From Macrostomum lignano (Eukaryota), in assembly GCA_002269645.1 (NCBI GenBank), contig NIVC01000511.1, forward strand, positions 218,023-282,022: a stretch of DNA of 64,000 nt, written 5' to 3'. Below the pieces are notes generated by a model. The model searched no databases. It was not told where the DNA came from and saw nothing but the letters and a program-made list of their open reading frames with translations. Below, in pieces: positions 25,136 to 36,203 of this stretch; position 1 is the stretch's first letter, and every line of letters starts with the position of its first letter. The position numbers and the translations under genes are program-made.

Positions 25136-27182
25136 TGATGGGTTTCGGCCTTTTCGGCCCCTTTCGGGAAGCCTTCGGGCCTCAGGTCTCAGAAATAAAT
25201 AAATTAGAGTCCTGGCCCCCCACTCCTGTCAGATGGTCAGCCCCATACTAGCTTGATCTTGTGGCGAGCAGTCTAGGTCCTATAGCTAAGAGAGGGACAG
25301 CGAGAGACAAGCAGGGAGAATTTTGAAGGTAGAGATCAGCTAATCCGCAGATTAACTAACCCGCTGCCACCAGCCTGTGCGTTCTGGCTCACCAAACCGG
25401 AACTTTCGAAATCGGGCTTCCGACTAGAGGGGGCTTCAGCACTTACCTGCCAACTAGTGTATTTTTGCTGTCTCTCGAAGTCATAGCCGATGTTAAGGGA
25501 CACTGCTGGGACTCGATCGCATTGGCCATGCAGGTACAGAGGGGACTTGTGCAGGGGATTCTTGCAGTGGCGAGCCTATGGCGGTAGCTACATGTACTAT
25601 TACAAATTTGTACATTGCCAAATACGAATTATTTGTATTTTCGGCCTTCAACGCGCCAACCAGCCTCTCGTAGCTCTGATGATAGACTAACTCGAACTTC
25701 AGAGACCGCATGATTCACCACCCGAGCCGCTTGGCGAACCTAGAGTGCACAGAAGAACATCTCTAGCACCGATTTTGCACTATTGACAATTTCGCTAACT
25801 GATTTGATAGATTGATCGACTGAGAACCGCCTTGCCATTGGTTCACTGTGACCGGCCCCAACTAGCTTAGCTACTCATCTGAGCCATCGGCGAACAAAAA
25901 AAAACAAACCGATAAAAACAACTTTCAGATTTAAACTTCTCACTGAATCACTTCTCACTTCAGACTGAATTAGAGCAATCAGACTACTAGCAGTATTATT
26001 GAATGATTTCTGCTTCAATAACAGCACTACCGAACAAAATGAGCAAAAGTGTGCGCCTAATCCAGCTACTGAAATAGGGGACAGATAAGGAATCACCCAT
26101 TCAAGCAAGTCTAGGTAGCCTCTCACCCAACCAATCAGAAACTCAACAGCCGAAGACCAGGTAATCCACAGTGACCAATTCGGCTTAGTGCTTCGCAGCT
26201 GTAGGCGCCCGGGATGACGATGTCACACAATCTTCGAAGATAGCTAGCAGGTGTTGTTCTTAATCTTGATGTTCGCTGCTGACGACCGGGGGGATTCGTC
26301 CTTGATGATGATGGGATCCGGGGATCAAGAGACGACGGTCGAGCTCTGGGAGGTCTAAGTTAGGCCAAAGTCCCTGGAAGCGGAGCAGGGAGTTCCAGAG
26401 AGGGAACGAGGGGGTCGGGTCCGAGCGGGCCAAAAACCCCGGTTTAAATAGCCGCCAATTGGACCGCAATTTGTTGTAATGGAACACCTCGATTCTGATT
26501 GGCTGAGCCGATTTGTTATAACGCACGTCGAATTTTCTGATTGGCTGAGCTTGTTGCCACCCAAACTCACGTGCCCAAGAGATCCTATCAGTTCCCTCGG
26601 GGCCATAAAAATACGACAGGTGTGGTCATAAATCACTCAAAATCGCTACATAATGATTTATGACCTTTCGCGTAGAAATGACAAAAATTAATGAAAAAAT
26701 ATACATTAGAAAGCTCTTATTAAGTAGAAAGTGAAGATAATGAAGAGAAATCGTTAATCGCTATACCCAACGTACTTTTAGGGGTAAAACGCATAGCTGT
26801 CAAAGCTGTCACACGCTTGAGTGAACACGAATAATAGGCTCTGACCTCATAAATCTTGATGGCCTGTCAAAATGATGAGAAAAAAGCCACCACCCGCATC
26901 CTCTCAGACCATCTGGCGCCAGCCTCAGCATTGAGTGAGGCGCAGGTGGCTGTCAGACCAGCTCAGACGCAATGATTTATGACCCAAAAGCAGCAAAAAA
27001 CCACGCCTATGTTATTATAACTACAAGTATGGCAGATTAATATAGCTACAGAAGTCCTACTAGTATGAATTCTAGAAAAATTGCAAAAGAGGGAGAAAAA
27101 CGCCCATAGCTTGCTGTTAGTAGGCTAGCAAGTTTGGAACCCATGTGCGAGCGTGAAATTTGGAAAAATTGCGTCCTCATCA
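25136..27182 (-). mobile_element. Solo LTR (2047 bp), probably Gypsy/Ty3-type
   Basis: Starts TGATG and ends CATCA, with a 4-bp TSD CATT on both sides. Tandem CCAAT boxes followed by CTATTTAAA on the minus strand (~26450). Homologous to 31470-33343. Confidence 0.75.
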
Positions 27183-27597
27183 CATTTACCAAATCAATAT
27201 GACTCCGAATCCATAGTGCCAGATAACAAAAACAAAGAGAAAATTGCAAAGCTTTTGTCTTTGAATTGGAAGTTTTATGCAAAAAATCCGTACCTGTCAG
27301 CTGGTAGCGGTGGCAGAGGTAACGTCCTGGGTTTGTAACAGAGGCCTTTCTCCGAGGCCAATCGCCTCGCTGCATGGCTTTGGACTGAATCAGGGGGGCT
27401 TTTGGTCATAGACATTCTCAGTGCGGCTTCAACCGTGCTAAAAAAGCACACAACTGCATGTACGGTCTTCAACAGTATTTTTCAAATCTAATATGCTGCA
27501 TGCATTTGGATGAACTTATGAAAGGATCGAAGTTCAGGTGAGATGTTAATTTGAATGATAATTTTTAATGCGGCATAAGTTTAGTGTCCATCTACAT

Positions 27598-28011
27598 TAG
27601 GGGTCGGTAAAGCCTCTCTATCCGGCCCTCGGGTCCTTCGAAACTTCACAATAGCAATCCGGCCCGCTCAATGTTGGTGTCTGATCTTCTCAACTCACTT
27701 CTCTTCTAATCTCCTCTCCCTCTCCCTTCTTTCCTCTCTCTTCTCTCCACTCTCTCCTCTATCATTTCTCCTCCCCGCTTCTCTCTCATCTATTCTCATC
27801 TCTCCTCTCTTCTCTCCGTTCCTTTATAATCTTTTCTTCTCTCTCCTCTCCCCTCTTCGATTTAATATTTCCTCTCCTCTCCTCTCGTCTCCTTTATTCC
27901 CGCCCTCCATTCTCCTATCTTCTCTATTTCCTCTCCTTACTTCCCTCTGGCCCGCAGCTATGCCCTAGGTTCTCTATATCTGGCCCTGAGATGAAAAGTT
28001 GCCAACCCCTG
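27598..28011. mobile_element. hAT-type MITE, second copy of the 3033-3257 family
   Basis: Same termini and subterminal sequence, 7/8 TSD (ATCTACAT/ATTTACAT), longer CT-rich interior. Confidence 0.8.
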
Positions 28012-28407
28012 ATTTACATGTACAAGCCCATGATTTTCATGAGCACGAAACAAAAAACGTGTTAAATTATACTGTTTTTACTTCCACGACTAGACAAAAC
28101 TGTGAGCCACCACTCTCGGAGCCCTGAGAATGAAGACACAGACTATAAATGGATGAGGCAGAAATTCGCCTATCAAAATGAGGGCTACCTCGAACCAGAT
28201 TTCAGCGCCAGATCGCCTTAGCTAAATGCTGGCAGACCGGAAACGTCGAGACTGAAATGGACGGCGAAGATTGAGAGTTTCTTCTCCAGCGCGGCCGTCC
28301 AATGCGAGCCAGTCAGGCCTGAGAGCGTAGGCCCCCCCCGCCCGACAGCAAAGGGAGCATAAAGGACGCCTCAATGTATATCTTAATCAGCAAGACGACG
28401 TTCAACC

Positions 28408-29532
28408 ATGGAGGCGGAATCGGATTTTGAGCCAAGTATTCTCGAGTTGGCCGCCTGGTGCACCACCCTGTCAGCCTCTGTGCTCGGCTGTGGCCTCAAC
28501 GCCTTCTTGCTCCTCGCCACTGTCGGGCAACGTTGCAGGCGCCGAGGCGCCAACGGCGGCCGCACTAACAACGGCCTGCTGGTTCTGGCGTGTGCAGAGA
28601 TCGCCCTCAACGTGACTCTGGCGCTGCACCTTCTGCTCACTCAGCTGGGCGGCCCAGCCAGCCTCGAATTGGCCTTCCACTCGATGCACGTAATCAGAAA
28701 CTGGTGGCTGCTGGCGCTCACAGCCTGCCGCACAGCCGCCGTGCTGAAGCCATTCAGCAGCGGCAGTGCCGCTGGCAGATCCGGCGGACTCTGCCGACTC
28801 GGCTGCCGATGGCAAATCGTTGCCGTTGTCGTCATTGTGGCCGCCGGCGTCGGCTTCGTGTGCGTCAGCGAAACAATCGTCAATTCCAGCTTCTTGACCA
28901 GCGGCGGCGACGACGGAAGCAACGCCACGGTTCGAGAGTTGCTGCAGCCGGGGATGGTTCGCTTCGCCCTGATGGCGGCCGCGGGCACCCTGGCTCCCGG
29001 ATTCTGCATCGTTGCTCTGGGGACTCGCACGGCCCTGGCCCTCCACCGGCAGGCCTTCCATCATCAGAATCTGCAGCGCAGCTGCCGCATGGTTCTGCTG
29101 CTGTCTCTCGGCTTCGCGGTCCTCGAGTTCCCCTTCGTTGGCCTGCAGTTGCTGACCGTTGGCCGCGTACTCGCAGCCGAAGTAGTCGACCAAGGTCCGC
29201 AGATGCTGCTGGCTACTTTGGACCGCCTGGTGTTGCCCGTCGCCTGGAGCTTCGCCTTTGTCCCGGTCAACTCCTGTCTGAACTTCTGCGTGCTGCTGCT
29301 GTGCAGCCGAACTTTCCGAGCCAACGTCTGCTGCTGTGGCAGTCAGGAGGGTGCGGGCGCTGCCGCTGCCACAGCAGCAGCTGCCGCAGCCACTGCAGCC
29401 GCTCGTCCAGGTACCACCGGCACCGGATTAAGGTGTCTAAATAAAAGGGCAAGTTCGGACACGAATGCAATCGGCGAGGGTTCTCAGCGATGCCAGGCGC
29501 CAGTGAACTCGGAGGGGAGTTTTCATCCGTGA
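28408..29532 (+). CDS. Single-exon divergent class A (rhodopsin-like) orphan GPCR, 374 aa
   Basis: Uninterrupted GC-rich ORF with about seven hydrophobic segments. GCGLN in TM1 (GN position), CRT at the DRY position, EFP in TM6, PVNSCLNF...SRTFR at TM7/helix 8. Confidence 0.78.
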   Translation: MEAESDFEPSILELAAWCTTLSASVLGCGLNAFLLLATVGQRCRRRGANGGRTNNGLLVLACAEIALNVTLALHLLLTQLGGPASLELAFHSMHVIRNWWLLALTACRTAAVLKPFSSGSAAGRSGGLCRLGCRWQIVAVVVIVAAGVGFVCVSETIVNSSFLTSGGDDGSNATVRELLQPGMVRFALMAAAGTLAPGFCIVALGTRTALALHRQAFHHQNLQRSCRMVLLLSLGFAVLEFPFVGLQLLTVGRVLAAEVVDQGPQMLLATLDRLVLPVAWSFAFVPVNSCLNFCVLLLCSRTFRANVCCCGSQEGAGAAAATAAAAAATAAARPGTTGTGLRCLNKRASSDTNAIGEGSQRCQAPVNSEGSFHP

Positions 29533-31469
29533 TTTCTCACTGTGCATGTCGTTTTACCCCCTTTCATTTCTCTGGTGATAGAAGTTGAGCAGGTCATGCA
29601 ACCATTAGATTTGAGTCGTATTCGCGCTTGCAAACAGGTTTCCTCTTCAAGTTGACTGTTCTCTCACCCAAACTCTGACACTGCCCCTGCAACGACAAAC
29701 AGTTTAATTGTTCAACTATTGTACTCGTAACGGATTCGTATCCTAAGTATCCATAGAGCGAGCTTTGACAGACTTTGCTCGCTGTACATGTACAGCATCA
29801 AAAACAATCAATATGCTTGCTGTAGTTTGATGAAATTATCTTAAATAAATTTACATCAACTGCTAACCATCTACTAATTAGACGCTGTTGAAATTGCATT
29901 GCAGGTCAAACCTCAATCCGACGTGTTAATAAACTGAACAAAATATTCTTACATGTAGATTCATTTATTTTACCACTAAGACAGTTTGCCAGCGGTAAGT
30001 AGCAGTCAGCTTGTCTGCACTCAAACTCGCCTGCAAGAACGGCTTGACTTACTTTGACTCAGCTGCAGGGGGCTCCGGGCATCCGGATACAGCGGGGAGG
30101 CGTCGACACCAATTCAGAAAACCCCTGGAGACCACGGGCAGCTGGTGCTGCGGTGTTGCGCAGGGAGATCCGATCTCCACAGGGGGACCGGAAATCATGA
30201 AACAAACCTTATAGTTTTTTATCACATTCGGAGACCCCAAGCTGAGTTGCGATCGCCCGGGTCGGAGATCGCATAGCACTTTCGGTCCCTATAAGGAGAC
30301 CCTAAAGCCAAGAAGCCGTAAAGTTTAATACAAGTATACGTAGCCCGGCCGCCTCCGGAGAGTCCAGAAGGTGGATTGTCGCTCGCCAGGTAGCCCTTCG
30401 GTAGCGGACGAGCTGGCAGAGATTCTTGGACCTGAAAACATCGGAATGGCCCGGGTTTAGGCCGAGGTAATTGTGAGCCTGCATGCCCTGAGTAAAGGAT
30501 CTTTCCCTGGAGTGACAGCTGGCAAAACAGCCATGACTTAAAAGGGCCATAGCCACCGCCCTGATGTCCCTGTGGTTGAGTCCAAGCAGGGCCCTGCAGA
30601 GGGCGGGGGAAGTACAGGCAGGACTTCACACCAATATAATAACAGAGATTGCTGCTCTGTCACCTCAATTTGTCCTGAGCCCGTATCACCCTCTTTCACT
30701 GAAAGCGAGAACTCCCTTAACTTAATTAACTCTAATATGTGAAATTCTATGGAAAATACTTTTAATTAATTACTGGTAGCTAATGAAATGGAAGATATGT
30801 GAAGATTTATCTCCTCGAGAGATGCCCGCAGGCGAAAACGCCCCTCCCTGGAGATCCCGGAAGTCACGCGACGAGGCGATGACGCCCGCGGGCCTCCGAG
30901 AATTTTCCATCGTCAGTATTAAGATTTCCCTTTGTATTTCGCTATAGGCTTAAGCGAAAACCTGCAGGTTGCTTCGCAATTTAGCCAGCTGCTAAGTCGA
31001 GAGAACTGCGGGGCAAAACGAGATAAATGAGGACGGATGAGGAGGAAAGAAACGCGAGAGGTTCTTCATAAAAATTCGCGATTTTTCTTGACTAATATCT
31101 TCCTTAACGGATCTCGAGCGGCCTTTGCTACCTAAAACGCCCAGCATGGCGTGCGAGTTTAGTCAAGACCTGAGTCGGAGCGGATGAAATTCGAATCGAT
31201 CAAGCAACTTGATTCGGTTGCGTATGAAAACTTTGGTGCGAATCAGTGAGGATGATGCACGATATAGCATGCAGCAGTGTGTCTGCACTCTCAAGGTTGA
31301 CAGTTTATTTTTAGTTTTAGTTTTATAACCTTTATAGATTTTAACTCTTTCTTTCATGATACCCCCCAAGCGTATTAAGTCAATACGCTCGTAACTTAAA
31401 AAGAACAGCTACTCCCTGCTACTTGCTAATCTATTTTCTGTTTAATTCTATTTTAATCATACGAGCGTA

Positions 31470-33343
31470 TGATGGGTTTCGGCCTTTTCGGCTTCTCGTT
31501 AGAGTCTTATAGATCAATTAGAGTCCTGGCCCCCCACTCCTGTCAGATGGTCAGCCCCGAGGTAGCTTGATCGTGTGGCGAGCAGTCTGGGTCCTATAGC
31601 TAAGAGAGGGACAGCGAGAGACAAGCAGGGAGAATTTTGAAGGTAGAGATCAGCTAATCCGCAGATTAACTAACCCGCTGCCACCAGCCCGTGCGTTCTG
31701 GCACACCAAACCGGAACTTTCGAAATCGGGCTTCCGACTAGAAGGGGCTTTGCACTTATCTGCCAACTAGTGTCTTTTTGCTGTCAATCTCGAAGTCATA
31801 GCCGATGATAAGGGACACTGCTGGGACTTGATCGCATTGGCTATGGAGGTACAGAGGGGACTTTTGAAGGGGATTCTTGCAAAGGCGAGCCTTTGGGATG
31901 AATATGGGAGGAAATACGAGGAATTGTACTTTCGGCCTTCAACGCGCCAACCAGCCTCTCGTAGCTCTGATGATAGACTAACTCGAACTTCAGAGACCGC
32001 GTGATTTACCACCCGAGCCGCTGGGCGAATCTAGAGTGCACAGAGTACATCTCTAGCGCCGATTTTGCACTATTGACAATTTCGCTAACTGATTGGATAG
32101 ATTGATCGACTGAGAACCGCCTTGCCATTGGTTCACTGTGACCGGCGCCTACTAGCTTAGCTACTCATCTGAGCCATCGGCGAACAAAGAAAAACAAACC
32201 GATAAAAATAACTTTCAGATTTAACCTTCTCACTGAATAACTTCTCACTTCAGACTGAATTGGAGCAATCAGACTACTAGCAGTATTATTGAATGATTTC
32301 TGCCTCAATAACAGCACTACCGAACAAAATGAGCAAAAATGTGCGCCTAATCCAGCTACTGAAATAGGGGACTGATAAGGAATCACCCATTCAAGCAAGT
32401 CTAGATAGTCTCTCACCCAACCAATCAGAAACTCAACAGCCGAAGACCAGGTAATCCACAGTGACCAATTCGGCTTAGTGCTTCGCAGCTGTAGGCGCCC
32501 GGGATGATGATGTCACACAGTCTTTGCTGATAGCTAGCAGGTGATGATCTTAACATCAATGATCGATGCCGTCGACCGGGGGGATTCGTCCTTGATGATG
32601 AGGGGGGTTGTCGCAATCCGGGATCAAGAGACGACGGTCGTGACTCCGGAATAGGTCGAGTCCCGGGAGTCCACAGTAGATTCCGAGACGCCAAAAGGAG
32701 TGAGCCCGAGCGGGCCAGAAACACCGGTTCATATAGCCGCCAACTGGACCGCAATTTGTTATAACGAAACACCTCGACGCTGATTGGCTGAGCCGATTGT
32801 TATAACTGACGATTTGTTGCCACCCAAGCTCACGTGACCAAAAGATCCTATCAGTTCCCTCGGGGCCATAAAAATATGCCAGGTGCGGTTATAAATTACT
32901 CAAAATCGCTACATTTTGATTTATGACCTTTCGCGTAGGAATTACAAAAATTAATGAAAAAATATACGCTAGAAAGATCTTATCAAGTTGAAAGTAAAGA
33001 TGTTGAAGAGAAATCTCATCAAAAATGATGAGAAAAAAGCTACCGCCCGCATCCTCTCAGACCATCTGGCGCCAGCCTCAACACTGAGTGAGGCGCAGGT
33101 GGCTGTCAGACCAGGTCACAAGCAATGATTTATGACCCCAAAAGTAGTGAAAACCGCGCCAATTTTATTATTACTACAAGTGTGGCAAAATCATATAGCT
33201 ACGAATGTCATACTATATAGTATGAATTCTAGGAAAACTACATAAAAGGGAAAAAATCCCATGCCTGCTGTTAAGTAGGCTGGCTAGCAAGTTTGGAACC
33301 CATGTGCGAGCGTGCGATTTGGGAAAAAAGTGCGTCCTCATCA
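31470..33343 (-). mobile_element. Second, diverged solo LTR of the same family (1874 bp)
   Basis: Same TGATGGGTTTCGG and GCGTCCTCATCA termini, collinear with 25136-27182 and in the same orientation. Flanks are CGTA and ACAC, so no TSD. Confidence 0.7.
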
Positions 33344-33592
33344 ACACAAATATTAGTAATAAAATTTTTGCAAATGCAATTATAAATTGTGATGAAAAAT
33401 GTTTTTTTCAGATCTCCGCAGTGTGGCGGCCCAATCAGCACGCAGCCAGCGATTGCAAGTACACCTGCACTGAAACCCTCTGCCCGCCAAGCTGAGGGGT
33501 GGGTGTACTCGGACAGATGCAGTCAATATGCTAAGTCGGGGGGGGGGTTGGCCTTCAATCGTGCCAACGCACCTCCCCGTACTCGTACCAAT

Positions 33593-34553
33593 CCCCCCCC
33601 CAGATAATTTTTTTACTGTTGCCGAACGAAAGTCAAGGGCACGGGCTAGAATTTTGTTGCGCATCAGATAGAGCATCGACCGAGTCGCCAACTACCCGGA
33701 CCGTCGAGACATTCAACGTTTCTGTCAGAAGGTCGCCATTTTCCCATTGACTTCTATTTTGAACACCGCGACACCGACCAAGCCATCGCCTTGGCAAGTA
33801 TTTCCGCAGTCTCAACACCTCAGCCACATGTGCCTGCCTCCAGCCAACCTCCAGTGACCATCAGCCACCATCTGGACGGACCGTCAGGACTTTCAACAGA
33901 TGCCACCAGGCGGTCCTGAAGCACCAGATGCAAAAATACAAAAATTTATCGATCAAGCCTCACAAGCGAGCACAGCAAGACACATTTCTGCACCAAGTAA
34001 TGTATATGTCCTGCCGGCATCATCCTGACGCCGTCTGGAACGTCAGCGGATGCCAGCAGATGACGCTGAAGTCCCAGAATGCTAGAATGGCCAATTTTCT
34101 TTGTCAACCCTCCCTCATGGGCATAATATAGCACCACAGACTACCTTCTGACGTCACCCACCTTTTCGTCACCACCCTGACGCCGTCTGGACCGTCAGCG
34201 GGTGCCACTGGGTGACGCTGGCGGCCTAGATGCTACAATGAACGATTTTCTTTGTCAACCTTCATTTATGGGCATAGTAAAGCACCATCGACTTCCTTCT
34301 GACCCCACTAACCCTTCCGTCACCATCCTGACGCCGTCGGGTTCGTCAGCGGATGTCGCCGGGTGACGTTGACGCTCCAGATGCTATAATGACCGGTTTT
34401 CCTTGTCAACCCTCGTTCATGGGCATAGTATAGAACCAAGTGCTATCTTTTGGCTCCGGCCGCCCTTTCGTCATCGTCCTGACGGCATCAAGACCGTCAG
34501 CAGCTCCGTTGTGCTCCGTTCGGCCACAGTAATAAAATTGTCAGGGGAGGGGG
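33593..34553. mobile_element. Non-autonomous TIR element with internal ~151-bp tandem units
   Basis: ~36-bp imperfect TIRs (CCCCCCCCAGATAATTTTTTTACTGTTGCCGAACG and CGTTCGGCCACAGTAATAAAATTGTCAGGGGAGGGG). Four diverged units have hairpins at 34025, 34177, 34328 and 34479. Confidence 0.65.
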
Positions 34554-34857
34554 AAATTTCCCCTCCCCTTGGTAGTTCTACTGTTAATGTGATAATTTTG
34601 ACGAATTTTGACTTATCGTGCAACCGTGACAGTCCTTCGATTGTGCAAAAATTAATCTTGAAGCTAGTACTACAGTTACAAGTTATGTATTATTTTCGGC
34701 TTTCGTGTCCTCGATTTTTCTAGTTTTAAGTTAACGTACGCGTAATTTGCATATAGTGGATATGTTGCTCTCACACAAATTTGCGATGATAGTTAGGGTT
34801 AGGAACTGTCTTAACGTCTACCAGTTTAGTGTTCTCATTTAAATGTATCTTTAACAC

Positions 34858-35058
34858 TAGCCAGTTAGTGGGCTGCTGGCCTCACACCTTGCCCAGCTAG
34901 TGGGCTGCTGGCCTCACACCTGGCCCAGTTAGTGGGCTGCTGGCCTCACACCTTGGCCAGTTAGTGGGCTGCTAGCCTCACACCTTGCCCAGTTAGTGGG
35001 CTGCTGGCCTCACACCTTGCCCAGTTAGTGGGCTGCTGGCCTCACACCTTGCCCAGTT
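34858..35058. repeat. 32-bp minisatellite upstream of the secreted-protein gene
   Basis: Unit GCCCAGTTAGTGGGCTGCTGGCCTCACACCTT, ~6 copies. Confidence 0.9.
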
Positions 35059-35339
35059 AATCGTAAACAAAAACAGCAAAACAGACTTCGCGAAGCTTTA
35101 TCTTTATACAAAGTACAAATTTCACAACATATAGCTGTTATCACCTGACACAGGCTTGCGTCAGGCTCATAAAAGTCTGGCTGAGAAAGCAGCTATCGAA
35201 AACACGGACTTCGAAAACACCTGACACACCTTACATTATCTTGTTTTTAACTGATTTATCTGATACCAGCTTTGAAAACAGCAGGCCAAATCCTGATGCA
35301 ACTGTGAGGTGAGTGGGGCGTCCGAGGTCATTGAAATCT

Positions 35340-35347
35340 TATAAATA
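35340..35347 (+). promoter_or_regulatory. TATA box of the 261-aa secreted protein gene
   Basis: TATAAATA 70 nt upstream of the ATG at 35418. An ATF/CEBP-like TGATGCAAC lies at ~35294. Confidence 0.6.
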
Positions 35348-35417
35348 CAGCGCGGCAACTTTGCAAAGAGACAGAACAGATTTGACTTCTGTCTACAAAC
35401 ATTGTTTCTGAAGCACA

Positions 35418-36203
35418 ATGCACCAGGTCATAGTATTTCACCTGCTGATGGCACTTGCCGTCACCATGTGTGTTGCGGCGCCACCCAACGACTGCCCCGC
35501 GATTCTCCAGAAGGGCGGCGCTTCAGAGAGATTTCCTGGTCTAGTGGCTCACGGCATTCACTCACTGACGGTCGGTGATCTGAAGTTCTACTTTAAGGCC
35601 GACGTGACTTCAGCGAACACCATACCGACTGTGAACGCTAATCTGCAGGATGGCCAAGCGATTCTTTTCAACGCCCCAGACATTCCCATTGATCCCATGT
35701 TTGCCACTCCCGGCATGCGCACTCTCGATCGCGTCCTCAGTCACATGGACAATCCCAACTATGACATCCGCGAGTACAACACGCTGGATCGGGTCGTCCA
35801 CGCCCTGCACATGCACGAGGTTTGGCATGGTGCTTCGGTCGAGTACGCCAAGCTGGTGTCAGCGCCGCCATCGAAGGATGTCTGCCGGTGCGCCACGGAC
35901 ATCGACAACAATGGCGTCATGGAAGTGCTGCGTCTGATCGCACTTGAAGTTCGGGAGCCCAACCTGATGTACGGCAGAAAGATCAAGCTAAACAACGGAA
36001 CCGTGCGGTGGTCTGGCAACCTCTACCGCTACCGCTTTTTCAGCCGTAGCATCGATAAACCGCTGCGTAATCCCTCGGAAGTGAATCCGCACATCGTTAA
36101 TCAGAAGATCTGGTTAAAGATGAAGAAGGATATGCTGACCAGCATGCTGCCCAAGGATGACTACGAGTTGGCGCTGTACTTGTACTGCGCGCTGAATGTC
36201 TAG
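35418..36203 (+). CDS. Single-exon predicted secreted protein, 261 aa, His-rich, family not recognised
   Basis: High-complexity ORF with strong GC3 bias in AT-rich surroundings. Signal-peptide-like N-terminus (MHQVIVFHLLMALAVTMCVA/APP), TATA box 70 nt upstream, AATAAA at ~36506. Confidence 0.85.
   Translation: MHQVIVFHLLMALAVTMCVAAPPNDCPAILQKGGASERFPGLVAHGIHSLTVGDLKFYFKADVTSANTIPTVNANLQDGQAILFNAPDIPIDPMFATPGMRTLDRVLSHMDNPNYDIREYNTLDRVVHALHMHEVWHGASVEYAKLVSAPPSKDVCRCATDIDNNGVMEVLRLIALEVREPNLMYGRKIKLNNGTVRWSGNLYRYRFFSRSIDKPLRNPSEVNPHIVNQKIWLKMKKDMLTSMLPKDDYELALYLYCALNV

Noticed and set aside
25665-25705. CTGATGA motif as a possible hammerhead ribozyme core in the LTR
   Set aside because: No GAAA following a stem II and no compatible stems I/III.
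25875-26126. 83-aa ORF open in both LTR copies (also 32165-32416)
   Set aside because: It has a non-ATG start and at least seven amino-acid differences between copies. It is short enough to survive by chance.
25136-33343. Single full-length LTR retrotransposon that captured the GPCR
   Set aside because: The outer flanks (CATT, ACAC) do not match, the left LTR has its own TSD, no PBS or PPT sits next to either LTR, and the copies are visibly diverged.
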